A stretch of DNA of 64,000 nt, from positions 723,338-787,337 of the forward strand of contig JBAZXR010000001.1 of NCBI GenBank assembly GCA_041659765.1, read 5' to 3'. The stretch comes from Patescibacteria group bacterium. GTDB taxonomy: Bacteria; Patescibacteriota; Patescibacteriia; UBA9934. Positions 9,609 through 19,031 of this stretch are shown here, piece after piece (the stretch's first letter is position 1; the number at the start of each line of letters is the position of its first letter). A program made the translations under genes and the position numbers. The notes beneath the pieces are model-generated. The model was given only the letters and a program-made list of their open reading frames with translations. It ran no database searches and had not been told where the DNA came from.

Positions 9609-9824
9609 ATGATTCTCAACATTGCCCAACTGGTACTCTCAATTCTCCTCACCGCCGCGATTCTTATGCAGGCGCGCGGAAGCGGAGCTGGAATTGCCTT
9701 TGGCGGAGATGGCAACGTTTATCGCACTCGCCGTGGCGTAGAAAAGAAGCTCCATGCTGCCACCGTAGTTATTGCTATACTGTTCCTAGCCGTTGCACTT
9801 GCCAACGTTTTGCTTTCAATCTAG
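9609..9824 (+). CDS. secG: Preprotein translocase subunit SecG
   Basis: 71 aa with two TM segments and the LMQ..GSGAG..FGG loop typical of SecG. Confidence 0.75.
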   Translation: MILNIAQLVLSILLTAAILMQARGSGAGIAFGGDGNVYRTRRGVEKKLHAATVVIAILFLAVALANVLLSI

Positions 9825-9884
9825 ACCGTCAGGTTTCAGGTATCAGGTTCTCTTCTCCATATTCCCAAAATCGCCTTTTCTAAT

Positions 9885-11687
9885 TTGTTTTCCAAAAAAA
9901 ACCGGGATGCTAAATCCCGGGGGACTAGTCGTACCTTTGCCAGTCCGGATGCTGAAACCCTAGCCCGAAAAGAAATTCTTTCCGTTAAACCAGCTAGACG
10001 GTTACCGTCCGTGAGCCAGTGGAAGCATCTCCCAAAGTTTTTAAGTCTAAGTGAAAAACGGGTGGCGCTTGGTGCGCTGACTATTGCTCTCTTGGCCGGC
10101 ACCGCCCTTGGGCTCAGGTTCCTGTCTGCTCACCAGTCGCTCTCGCCAGCCGTTGGCGGCAGCTATACAGAAGGACTCGTTGGCACTCCCGCACTCATTA
10201 ACCCGCTCTACGCTTCGGCTAGCGACGTGGACAATGATTTAGCTCATCTCATGTATTCCGGGCTCATGCGATTTGATCCCCAAGATGGACTGGGAACTGA
10301 TTTAGCTTCCTCATATACAGTTTCGCCTGACGGAAAATCATACACTTTTGTTCTTCGTGATGGCGTTCGTTTTCATAACGGCGATTCATTCTCAAGCGAA
10401 GACGTAGCCTTTACTTTTCGTGCCATTCAAAATCCAGAATACGGCAGCACGCTGGCCCCAACCTTTGCTGGAGTCACAATTGATACTCCAGATGCCCGAA
10501 CAGTAACTTTTACCCTACCGGAAGCCTCCTCAGCTTTCCTCGGAAACATGACCGTTGGTATTTTACCGGCAGGCGTTTGGTCAGATATCCCGAGCATGAA
10601 TGCTAAGCTGACCATCCTCTCGCTCGAACCAATCGGCACAGGCCCGTATAAGTTCGAAAAACTGACCAAGGATAGCCGAGGAACCCTTCGCAGTATGACG
10701 CTCGTGCGTAACAAACAGTACTACAGAGGTGTACCGTTTATTGATTCGCTTCAATTCAAATTTGCTGGCTCAGCTGACGAGTTAGCTAATCTGTTACGCA
10801 ATAAAAACATCGAGGGAGCGGTGACCGTACCTTTCTCTGAGGCCCCTAAATTTACCTCTGACAGATCTTTCCAAGTGCTCCAGCCGCTCATCCCCCAGTA
10901 CACAGCCGCCTTCTTTAATCTGAAATCCACAGGCCCGATCGGGGATAGCAACGTCAGAAAAGGACTTGATCTTGGGCTTGACCGACAAGCTGTTATCACC
11001 AAAGCCCTGGTAACTAAAGCACTTCCTCTAAACTCTCCGCTCGTGACCGGCATGCCGGGAGCGAACACAACCGGTGCCGGTAGCTTTGACTTAGCAGCAG
11101 CTGATGCGGCTCTGGAAGCTAGCGGTTATAAAAAACCGGAAGGCGGAGGCACTCGCGTTAAAGGAACTACGGCTCTGACTCTTAACGTAGCTTTTGCTAA
11201 TACCACAGAACTAAATTCCGTTGCCACTGAACTCAAACGCCAATGGGAACTCCTGGGAGCAAGTGTTAATCTTGAGGCAAAAAGTGCTGATTCGCTCCAG
11301 ACCGATATACTACGAAACAGAAATTTTGATGTACTCCTGACCGGCGAACTATATGGCGCTTTCCGTGATCCATACCCCTACTGGCATTCTTCCCAATCAA
11401 CCTACCCAGGACTTAACATCACGCAACTGGTGAATAGGTCAGCGGATGAGGCGATGAGCATAATTCGTTCAACCACGGATGAAACTAAACGAGCTGAAAG
11501 TTACGCCGCCTTTGCCAAAGTCCTGGCCGATCAACACGTAGCCGCTTTTCTCTACGAGCCGTCGTACGTATACCTAACCAGTAAATCGATCAAAGGCGTT
11601 GACTTGCCTGTGGTAAACTTGCCGGCGGATAGATTCGCGGATATAAACGAGTGGTATATCAAGACAAAACGGGTCCTCAAGAAGTAA
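9885..11687 (+). CDS. ABC transporter substrate-binding protein, family 5 (oligopeptide/dipeptide-binding type)
   Basis: 600 aa with a TM/signal anchor. SBP_bac_5 signature region SYTFVLRDGVRFHNGDSFSSEDVAFTF. Confidence 0.8.
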   Translation: MFSKKNRDAKSRGTSRTFASPDAETLARKEILSVKPARRLPSVSQWKHLPKFLSLSEKRVALGALTIALLAGTALGLRFLSAHQSLSPAVGGSYTEGLVGTPALINPLYASASDVDNDLAHLMYSGLMRFDPQDGLGTDLASSYTVSPDGKSYTFVLRDGVRFHNGDSFSSEDVAFTFRAIQNPEYGSTLAPTFAGVTIDTPDARTVTFTLPEASSAFLGNMTVGILPAGVWSDIPSMNAKLTILSLEPIGTGPYKFEKLTKDSRGTLRSMTLVRNKQYYRGVPFIDSLQFKFAGSADELANLLRNKNIEGAVTVPFSEAPKFTSDRSFQVLQPLIPQYTAAFFNLKSTGPIGDSNVRKGLDLGLDRQAVITKALVTKALPLNSPLVTGMPGANTTGAGSFDLAAADAALEASGYKKPEGGGTRVKGTTALTLNVAFANTTELNSVATELKRQWELLGASVNLEAKSADSLQTDILRNRNFDVLLTGELYGAFRDPYPYWHSSQSTYPGLNITQLVNRSADEAMSIIRSTTDETKRAESYAAFAKVLADQHVAAFLYEPSYVYLTSKSIKGVDLPVVNLPADRFADINEWYIKTKRVLKK

Positions 11688-11748
11688 GAACGTTGACGAA
11701 AAGCGGAAGAAATGATAGTGTACTTTCTTCTTAGGAGTGAGGATTCGT

Positions 11749-11835
11749 GCGGGCGTGGCGGAATTGGTATACGCGTAGGTCTCAGAAGCCTATGCCAGTA
11801 ATGGCTTGAGAGTTCGAGTCTCTCCGCCCGCACCA
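11749..11835 (+). tRNA. tRNA-Leu (anticodon CAG)
   Basis: GCGGGCG acceptor, anticodon loop CTCAGAA, long variable arm, TTCGAGT T-loop, encoded CCA. 87 nt. Confidence 0.88.
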
Positions 11836-11951
11836 CCAGTAACTTGTTCGAACATAACTGCTCGCAGTTGATTCTCTCGAAACCCTTCGAGGGAGCCGAC
11901 TGTCAGGAGTGAAGCATTTATTCTTTAACTTTTCATTCGACAGTTTGATTT

Positions 11952-13775
11952 ATGGGAAATTTTAAACCCAATACGTTCCGGGCTGCGCCACCTCAGAAGA
12001 GTGCACCACCACGTGGACGAAAACCGTTCCCGGAAACAGCGACAACTTCTCGCCCGGTAACTGCGCAGCCAGAAAAATCCATGACCCTCACCTCCCCCAC
12101 GGGAGATCAGGTGCGTGTCATGGTGCTTGGCGGACTTGAGGAAGTGGGACGCAACTGTACCCTCATTGAGTACAAAGATGACATCATCATTGTTGACCTC
12201 GGCCTGCAGTTCCCCGATGAAGACATGCCTGGCGTGGACTACATCATCCCGAACATGACCTATCTCCGCGGAAAGGAGAAGAATGTACGCGGCGTGATCA
12301 TCACGCACGGTCACTATGACCACATTGGTGCTATTCCACACGTAGTCCAGAACATTGGCAATCCTACGGTGTACGCACTCCCTGTGGCTGCCGGCATTAT
12401 CAAGAAGCGTCAGACGGACTTCCCTACCTCTACGGTAAACGTGAAGACTATTGCGATCACCACTGAACTACAGCTTGGTGCTTTCAAGGTGCATTTCTTC
12501 CACATTAACCACAACATTCCAGACTCAGCGGGTATCGTCATCGAGACTCCAGCTGGCGTCATCTGTCACACCGGCGACTGGAAGTATGACTTCCACCCGG
12601 TTGGCGCGCCTCCGGCTGACTTTCACAAGATGGCTCGTTTGGGCGAAGCTGGCGTCACTCTTCTCATGGGCGACTCCACTAATGCTGACCGCCATGGCCA
12701 CCAGAAGTCCGAGAAGATTATCGGCGAAGAGCTGTACTCGATTCTCGAGAAGGCGAAAGGCCGCGTTATTGTCGGCACCTTCGCTTCCCTTCTCTCCCGC
12801 GTAAAGCAGCTCATGGAAATTTCCGAAAAGCTTGGTCGCAAGATCGCGCTCGACGGTTACTCCATGAAGACGAACGTAGAAATTGCGAAGGAGCTCGGTT
12901 ACATCCAGGTGAACGAAAAGTCCATCATCCCGATTGAAGAAGCGAACAACCTCCCACCAGAAAAAGTAACAATTATTTGTACTGGCGCTCAGGGCGAAAA
13001 GCGTGCTGCACTTTCCAGAATCGCTAATGATGAGCATCGTTTCATTCGCGTCGATCGCGAAGACACGGTTATCTTCTCAAGCTCGGTCATTCCGGGTAAC
13101 GAGGCCTCTGTTCAGCGTTTGAAGGACACGTTCTACCGCAAGCGCGCTCGCGTGATCCACAAGGATCTTATGGATGTGCACGCTGGTGGCCACGCCATGA
13201 AAGAGGATATTAAGCTCATGCTCTCCCTCTTCAAGCCAAAGTACTACATGCCAATTGAAGGCAACCATTTCTTGCTCCGCGAGAACGCAGAAGTTGCGTA
13301 CTCCATGGGCTGGAAAGAGGAAAACGTCTTCGTGGCTGACAACGGCCAGGTGGTAACCCTGGCGAAAGGTGCTGACGGCGTAAGCCACGCTGCACTTACC
13401 CCAGAGAAAGTCCCGTCGGATTACGTCTTCGTAGACGGTCTCGGCGTGGGCGATGTTTCCCAGGTAGTTCTCCGCGATCGCCAGGCGCTTGCCGAAGATG
13501 GCATGCTCGTGGTCATTGCGCAGTTCGACAAAAAGGCCGGTACTCTGACCCAAACGCCAGATATGGTCAGCCGCGGCTTCCTGCACATGAAGGACAACAA
13601 GGAATTCATTGACATGACCCGCAAGACTCTTGAAGATATGATCCGCGCGCACAAGCACGGCGTACCGCTCGACCCGGATGAAATCAAAGAATTTATCCGT
13701 GAAGAGCTGGGCAAGTTCCTGTTTACCAAAACAGAACGCCGCCCGATGATCCTGCCAGTTATTATCGAGGTTTAA
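11952..13775 (+). CDS. rnj: Ribonuclease J
   Basis: Metallo-beta-lactamase motif ITHGHYDHIG, beta-CASP and C-terminal domains. The ~50-aa low-complexity N-terminus suggests the true start may lie further downstream. Confidence 0.88.
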   Translation: MGNFKPNTFRAAPPQKSAPPRGRKPFPETATTSRPVTAQPEKSMTLTSPTGDQVRVMVLGGLEEVGRNCTLIEYKDDIIIVDLGLQFPDEDMPGVDYIIPNMTYLRGKEKNVRGVIITHGHYDHIGAIPHVVQNIGNPTVYALPVAAGIIKKRQTDFPTSTVNVKTIAITTELQLGAFKVHFFHINHNIPDSAGIVIETPAGVICHTGDWKYDFHPVGAPPADFHKMARLGEAGVTLLMGDSTNADRHGHQKSEKIIGEELYSILEKAKGRVIVGTFASLLSRVKQLMEISEKLGRKIALDGYSMKTNVEIAKELGYIQVNEKSIIPIEEANNLPPEKVTIICTGAQGEKRAALSRIANDEHRFIRVDREDTVIFSSSVIPGNEASVQRLKDTFYRKRARVIHKDLMDVHAGGHAMKEDIKLMLSLFKPKYYMPIEGNHFLLRENAEVAYSMGWKEENVFVADNGQVVTLAKGADGVSHAALTPEKVPSDYVFVDGLGVGDVSQVVLRDRQALAEDGMLVVIAQFDKKAGTLTQTPDMVSRGFLHMKDNKEFIDMTRKTLEDMIRAHKHGVPLDPDEIKEFIREELGKFLFTKTERRPMILPVIIEV

Positions 13776-13859
13776 CTTACCGCAGAAGGCGCTCGCAAGG
13801 GCGTCTTTTGCTTTTCATAGCCGAACTGCGATAAACTGCTTGGCAACTAGCCAACCATT

Positions 13860-14843
13860 ATGCGAATTCTTACCGGCATTCAACCAACCAACATCCTCCA
13901 CATTGGCAATTACTTTGGCGCTCTGAAGCCAGCGGTCGAACTCCAGAAGGAACATGACCTAACCATGCTGATCGTTGACCTGCACGCCATCACCGTCCCG
14001 CAGAACCCCATCGAGCTCAGCAATAACATTGCGTTTGCAACCGCGGCGTACCTGGCTGCGGGAATAGACCCAAAGAAGGCAACAATTGTGCAGCAGTCGA
14101 GAGTTTCTGCGCATGCGGAACTTGGCTGGATGATGTCGTGTATCGCCAAGACCGGTGAGCTAGATCGGATGACACAGTTTAAAGATAAAGCGACGGGCAA
14201 GGGCGAGAAAGTTTCCGTTGGCCTCTATACATATCCCATTTTAATGGCAGCCGACATCCTCCTGTACAACACTGATGCTGTGCCGGTTGGTGCTGATCAA
14301 AAACAACATATTGAGCTGGCACGCGACCTGGCCGAAAGATTCAACCGAGATTTCGGCGAGACGTTTGTGATTCCGAAGCCGATTATCGCTGAACATGGCG
14401 CAAAGATCTTGGCACTCGACAACCCGGAAAAGAAAATGAGCAAGAGCTCCCCCGCTCCCAAGAGTTATATTTCACTAATGGACGATGCAGATACTATTCG
14501 CAAGAAAATCCGTTCGGCGGTTACCGATTCAGAACCGACGGTACGATACGACGAAGCTCGACCAGGCGTAGCGAACCTGTTGACGATTCTCTCGCTGGTC
14601 GAAAAACGCTCGGTCTTCGCTATCGCCGATGAATATGTCGATAAGGGCATGAAGGACTTGAAGGACGACGTAGCCGAAGCATTGATTGTTCACCTCGAGC
14701 CTCTCCAAGCTGAAATCGCCGGCTACCTGAAACACCGAGATGAGCTCGAAAAGGTTATCGCGGAAGGCAGTGCTCGAGGAGCCCTAATTGCAGGAGCAAA
14801 CGTGGAAAACGTGAAGGTAAAAATGGGTCTAAAGTTAGCATAA
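13860..14843 (+). CDS. trpS: Tryptophan--tRNA ligase
   Basis: Class I HIGH motif (TNILHIGNYFG) and KMSKS. Size 327 aa. Confidence 0.88.
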   Translation: MRILTGIQPTNILHIGNYFGALKPAVELQKEHDLTMLIVDLHAITVPQNPIELSNNIAFATAAYLAAGIDPKKATIVQQSRVSAHAELGWMMSCIAKTGELDRMTQFKDKATGKGEKVSVGLYTYPILMAADILLYNTDAVPVGADQKQHIELARDLAERFNRDFGETFVIPKPIIAEHGAKILALDNPEKKMSKSSPAPKSYISLMDDADTIRKKIRSAVTDSEPTVRYDEARPGVANLLTILSLVEKRSVFAIADEYVDKGMKDLKDDVAEALIVHLEPLQAEIAGYLKHRDELEKVIAEGSARGALIAGANVENVKVKMGLKLA

Positions 14844-14859
14844 TAATAGCATTTTTAGG

Positions 14860-14888
14860 TTGACAAACAGCCCAAAAAGTGCTATTAT
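14860..14888 (+). promoter_or_regulatory. Consensus sigma70-like promoter
   Basis: TTGACA, 17-bp spacer, TATTAT. Sits directly upstream of the small-gene island. Confidence 0.6.
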
Positions 14889-14978
14889 TGTTATTGTGTT
14901 TACGATGAATAGTTGTCTTCACACCCACCGGAAAGGCATCTCGCCTTTTCAACCCTCACTTCCTACCTTGAGGTTTCA

Positions 14979-15167
14979 ATGTCTTCGAAAATCGTGAATG
15001 GGTTCCTCGTCATGGTCACCATTTGTGGCCTGCTCGGTCTGGCTGTTCTCTGTACCACAGAGGGCATCAAGTTCGATGGCGAGATGCTTCTGCTCGCGCT
15101 CGCGATCATCTGCATCCCGGCCTACCTGTCGACGCTCCCCATCAAACAAACCGAAAACAACACCTAA
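14979..15167 (+). CDS. Hypothetical small membrane protein
   Basis: Start MSSKIVNGF with RBS gaggt. Two TM helices. High GC3. Confidence 0.4.
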   Translation: MSSKIVNGFLVMVTICGLLGLAVLCTTEGIKFDGEMLLLALAIICIPAYLSTLPIKQTENNT

Positions 15168-15176
15168 GGGGGATCA

Positions 15177-15443
15177 ATGGAGAAACATCAGGATGAACCT
15201 TTGACACTCGCTCAGTGCACCTTGGTAATGGTGATCGGCGTGCCGATCATTATGGCCGTCTGCGCCTGGGCAATTTTCTGCCTAGCAGCGGTGGTCGCGA
15301 TCTTCAAGATGATCGCCATCGGAGCGCTCGGGTACATCTTCAGCGAGCCGGAGCCAATCTTCAAGCTCATGATGATCGCCGTAGTCTTCCCATTGCTGTT
15401 GATCTCGATCGTCGGGCATGAATGGAGTGCTCAAAAAAGTTAG
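15177..15443 (+). CDS. Hypothetical small membrane protein
   Basis: 88 aa with RBS aaggggga. Two or three TM helices. High GC3. Confidence 0.45.
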   Translation: MEKHQDEPLTLAQCTLVMVIGVPIIMAVCAWAIFCLAAVVAIFKMIAIGALGYIFSEPEPIFKLMMIAVVFPLLLISIVGHEWSAQKS

Positions 15444-15569
15444 GCTGACCCGGTGGGTTCGTCTAGACGCTCGTCTCAACTGAGGCGGGCGTTCTTCTTT
15501 TTGAAAAGCTGACGTCGGCCGAACTCGCCTTCTTCTTTGAAGGGGGCTTCTTTTATCTGAGCGAAATTA

Positions 15570-15598
15570 TTGACCACTTTCATTCCAAGATGTAGTAT
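15570..15598 (+). promoter_or_regulatory. Consensus sigma70-like promoter
   Basis: TTGACC, 17-bp spacer, TAGTAT. Confidence 0.5.
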
Positions 15599-15637
15599 TC
15601 TGAAGCTCATAACGAGCAACCCAGTGAGGTTCCCCAG

Positions 15638-16225
15638 ATGATCCACGCCAGCAGTCGTACCATCTCCCTCGATTCCCGCGACCTCAGGAAGCCCCGCAAG
15701 CGCGAATCGCGTCGCCCGAAACCCCCGCACGGCCAACGCCGTCTGGACCCGCTCAACGAGACCCTCTCGTCCACGGCCGCCAGCGCGCTCACCCTCGATG
15801 ACCGCGTGTTCCTCTTTGCCCTCTCGGCCCGGAGCAGCTGCCGTGGACCCATGCGCGCACATGGCGCCTTCAAGAAGAAGGGCAATGGCAGCGAAATCAA
15901 AGAGCCGAAGCGCACGGAAGAACTCCTCGCGCACCGCAAAAAGGGCCGAGCCACGCTGTCCCAAGCGATCGAGTTCATCGACCAGCTGCGGACTCCGGCG
16001 GCGCGCCTGGAAGTCCTCACCGTCTTCCTCGGGAGCATGTCCCAGTTCATGGGAACGGCGAACGGCGAGAAGATGCTCGTGAAGCAGATGATGGCGGGCG
16101 CCAGCGTGATCCGCCAGTTCCTCTCGGAAATCACTGCTCTCAAGGAAAATCCTGTCGAACTCATGAAGAAGACGAGCAAGTCCGCCGTCCTCGACATGTT
16201 CGAAGGTGCCCTCCCCTCGGCCTAG
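15638..16225 (+). CDS. Hypothetical protein with Arg/Lys-rich N-terminus (GC-rich island)
   Basis: 195 aa with RBS gtgagg. Basic N-terminal 40 aa, then a helical domain. The antisense ORFs are Arg/Ser-rich artefacts. Confidence 0.45.
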   Translation: MIHASSRTISLDSRDLRKPRKRESRRPKPPHGQRRLDPLNETLSSTAASALTLDDRVFLFALSARSSCRGPMRAHGAFKKKGNGSEIKEPKRTEELLAHRKKGRATLSQAIEFIDQLRTPAARLEVLTVFLGSMSQFMGTANGEKMLVKQMMAGASVIRQFLSEITALKENPVELMKKTSKSAVLDMFEGALPSA

Positions 16226-16394
16226 AGCCGAGAGATCATGACCCGTGTACCCGTCAGTCCGAACTCCTCTCGGGCCGGCGGGTACTTCTTTTTATTGACC
16301 GTATCGCCTTTTTGGTGTACCGTCGGCGTGCGTTTCTACCTCCCGGTAGGGGCGTTTTCCCAAGAACAGTATTCTTCCCCGCTTGAGGTGCCGC

Positions 16395-17003
16395 ATGGCT
16401 CGTTCCCCCGATACGTTCAAACCGCGTCCTGTCCTGGCTCCGCCGCCTACGCCCAGCCAGCGACCCTACAAGTTCGCTCACCCGGTCGATACGTCCTGGA
16501 CTGAAGCTGATCGACGGCGCGATCGAATCCGCCACGGTCTCCCGGCCAACCGGAACCTCGACGAAGAGATGCCCGTGAAGAACTACAGCGATCTGGGGCA
16601 CATCGATGACCGGCTGAAGATCATGCTCGAAAGCGTGAAAAACGGCCTCGGCTTCGAGAACCGCTACCACAAGCTGGCGATCTACTCGTTCGTGCTCGGT
16701 GCCAACGCCGCAGTCCACGGAAATGAACAGCTGAACGCCGAAATCACCCGGCTGGCCACCGAGTGTCTGAGCGATCGCCTGCACCACCTGCGCGCGGAGC
16801 ACTGCGACGCGATCGTGGCCTCTGAGCTCACGCCTGACCAGGCCGTTGCCACCGTGTCCATGGTCCTCAGCATCTGGGGAAGCAAAGCTGGTATTCGGGC
16901 TGTCACCAAAGCCCGTCGTATCCAGGATGGGTACAAGCACACCCAGCACAAGATCCGTCCCGCCCAACTGATTTCGCAGTTGACCGACGCTCTCCGGAGC
17001 TAG
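16395..17003 (+). CDS. Hypothetical protein (GC-rich island)
   Basis: Start MARSPDTF with RBS gaggtg. Followed by a clean intrinsic terminator. High GC3. Confidence 0.45.
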   Translation: MARSPDTFKPRPVLAPPPTPSQRPYKFAHPVDTSWTEADRRRDRIRHGLPANRNLDEEMPVKNYSDLGHIDDRLKIMLESVKNGLGFENRYHKLAIYSFVLGANAAVHGNEQLNAEITRLATECLSDRLHHLRAEHCDAIVASELTPDQAVATVSMVLSIWGSKAGIRAVTKARRIQDGYKHTQHKIRPAQLISQLTDALRS

Positions 17004-17026
17004 TCGACAACTGCATTCACACGTCT

Positions 17027-17055
17027 AGAGCTCCGCCAAGCGGAGCTCTTTTTCT
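17027..17055 (+). terminator. Intrinsic terminator
   Basis: agagctccgc-caag-gcggagctct hairpin followed by TTTTTCTTT. Confidence 0.8.
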
Positions 17056-17083
17056 TTACAAGTTCGCCGTTTTTTGCTACAAT
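17055..17083 (+). promoter_or_regulatory. rnpB promoter
   Basis: TTTACA, 17-bp spacer, extended -10 TGCTACAAT. Confidence 0.55.
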
Positions 17084-17090
17084 CGCCCTG

Positions 17091-17570
17091 CTTGGAAAGC
17101 AAGACAATCGCCCCGTAAAAAGGGAGGAAAGTCCGAACACCCGTGGTGCAGCAATGCATCATTGAGAAAAGGCGTTGCTAACAGCAACCGGGAAAAAGTG
17201 ATGCCAGTGAGGGACTGGATGGCGGCTTCGCGCTGTCCCCCACAGGCCTCAAGAAGCCCAGGGAAAGTCTTTAGGAAACGTAAGAATCCTGAAGGTCAAG
17301 ACTTGCGGGAAACCGCAGGAAAGACGCAACAGAGACTATGATACCCGTCTAAGGCGCAAGCTATGGCGGAGTACAGTGAAAAGTGAGGAGCCCACTCCTC
17401 TCACCCGCGTGGCGACGCGCGGGTGCGGCAAACCCGCCTTGGTGCAAGAGCAAATTAGGTAGCTCGCATGAGTCTGATAGCAATATCAGAACTAGAGAGA
17501 TGATTGTCACGAATCGCTGTGCACGAATGCGCACAGAGGCTCGACAGAATTCGGCTTACTAGCTTTCCAG
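17091..17570 (+). ncRNA. rnpB: RNase P RNA (bacterial)
   Basis: P4 5' strand GGGAGGAAAGUCCGAACAC with the bulged U. 3' strand ACAGAAUUCGGCUUAC. P1 pairing ggaaagc/gctttcc. Terminator hairpin downstream. Confidence 0.85.
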
Positions 17571-17574
17571 CCTG

Positions 17575-17600
17575 AAAAACCGTCCGCAAGGGCGGTTTTT
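17575..17600 (+). terminator. rnpB terminator
   Basis: aaaaccgtccgc-aag-ggcggttttt hairpin with a U-run. Confidence 0.65.
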
Positions 17601-17609
17601 CATGTTAAA

Positions 17610-19022
17610 ATGAGCCAAGCTATGAAGCGTATAGATTTGGCTTTTGCCGCTCTCTTTGTTCCACTCGACTATCTCATGCTTCTTTTAGCTGGGACGGCTG
17701 CCTATGCCTTGCGTTTTGCACCGGTGTTCACGGCCTTCAGACCAGTTACCTTTGAACTTAGCTTCAGCGAGTTTTTAGCTCTCGTCCTCCCGATTGCCGC
17801 CATTTATATCCTGGTTTTTTCGCTCTCCGGCCTTTATAACATCCGACCCCGAAGTATTCCGGGCGAAGCGGTTCGCGTCATCGTAGCTTCTGCGGCAAGC
17901 ATTGCCGTGGTTCTCGCTATTGCCTTCTTCTCGCGTGAACTCTTTGATTCTCGATTTATTGTGCTCGCAGCCTGGGTGTTTTCGGTTGTCTTTCTACTCG
18001 TCGAGCGGCTCTCGCTCCGCCTACTCCAACGGACACTGCGGCGATTCGGCTATGGCGTGCAATACGTTGCGGTGATCGGCAAGACGAAGAATGCAAATGA
18101 ACTCGTAGCCTACTTCGGAGAGCATCGTGCGCTCGGGTATGTAACAAGCTACCACACAGCGCACTTCAATAACGACACAGCAGATCGTCTAAAACGATTG
18201 AAAAATGAAAACAAACTCGATCTTATTCTTCTTGCGAATACTGAGGCCGAGCGGTCAGAAGTTACTTCGATCAAAACTTTTTCTGATGTAGAGCATACGT
18301 CCTTCATGTACACGGCTGATTTGTTCCCTGGCAGCACGCTCCGGCCGATTGTCTTTACCTTCGGCGGCAGCCCCGTGATCGAGGTGCCAAAGACCCCACT
18401 CGATGGCTGGGGTGCAATCTACAAGCGAAGCTTCGACATCATGGTATCGCTTCTCCTCATCATCGCTACCCTCCCCCTACAACTCTTGATCGGGCTCGCC
18501 ATCTTCATCGAGAACCCGGGGCCGATTTTCTTCACCATCAAGCGCGTGGGTATGCGTGGAAAACCGTTCCCATTCATGAAGTTTCGCTCGATGATCAAGA
18601 ACGCACATAAGTTGCGATTTGATCCAAAGTTTATTGAAAAATACGGCAACGAACGCGAAGGCACGCCACTTTTCAAGCTGGCCGACGATCCTCGGGTTAC
18701 ACGAGTTGGTCGATTTATCAGAAAGTGGAGCTTGGACGAGATTCCCCAGTTTTACGCCGTCTTCGCTGGCTCCATGAGTCTCGTTGGACCTCGACCCCAC
18801 CTGCCTGAAGAAGTGGCTCGCTATAAACCCGGCGAGCGGCGCGTTTTGACCATTAAACCGGGCATTTCTGGTTTATCCCAAATTAGCGGGCGGGCAAACC
18901 TTGACTTTGAAGACGAAGTCCGCCTAGATATGTACTATATTGAGAACTGGAGCCCCTGGCTGGATCTCATTATCCTAATCAAAACACCGATTGCTGTGCT
19001 TTTTAGGAAAGGGGCATATTAG
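17610..19022 (+). CDS. Undecaprenyl-phosphate sugar phosphotransferase (initiating sugar transferase, WbaP/EpsL-like)
   Basis: Multi-TM N-terminus. C-terminal Bac_transf domain (KRSFDIMVSLLLII...GPRP...SGLSQISGR). Confidence 0.88.
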   Translation: MSQAMKRIDLAFAALFVPLDYLMLLLAGTAAYALRFAPVFTAFRPVTFELSFSEFLALVLPIAAIYILVFSLSGLYNIRPRSIPGEAVRVIVASAASIAVVLAIAFFSRELFDSRFIVLAAWVFSVVFLLVERLSLRLLQRTLRRFGYGVQYVAVIGKTKNANELVAYFGEHRALGYVTSYHTAHFNNDTADRLKRLKNENKLDLILLANTEAERSEVTSIKTFSDVEHTSFMYTADLFPGSTLRPIVFTFGGSPVIEVPKTPLDGWGAIYKRSFDIMVSLLLIIATLPLQLLIGLAIFIENPGPIFFTIKRVGMRGKPFPFMKFRSMIKNAHKLRFDPKFIEKYGNEREGTPLFKLADDPRVTRVGRFIRKWSLDEIPQFYAVFAGSMSLVGPRPHLPEEVARYKPGERRVLTIKPGISGLSQISGRANLDFEDEVRLDMYYIENWSPWLDLIILIKTPIAVLFRKGAY

Positions 19023-19031
19023 GAAAGTCTT

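Noticed and set aside
12451-13729. ORFs antisense or out of frame within rnj (12451..12804, 12525..13037, 13077..13658, 13421..13729)
   Set aside because: They are shadow ORFs of RNase J.
15476-16967. Minus-strand ORFs 15476..15964, 15607..16197 and 16254..16967
   Set aside because: They are Arg/Ser/Gly-rich antisense artefacts of a high-GC region. The plus-strand frames have RBSs, a promoter and a terminator.
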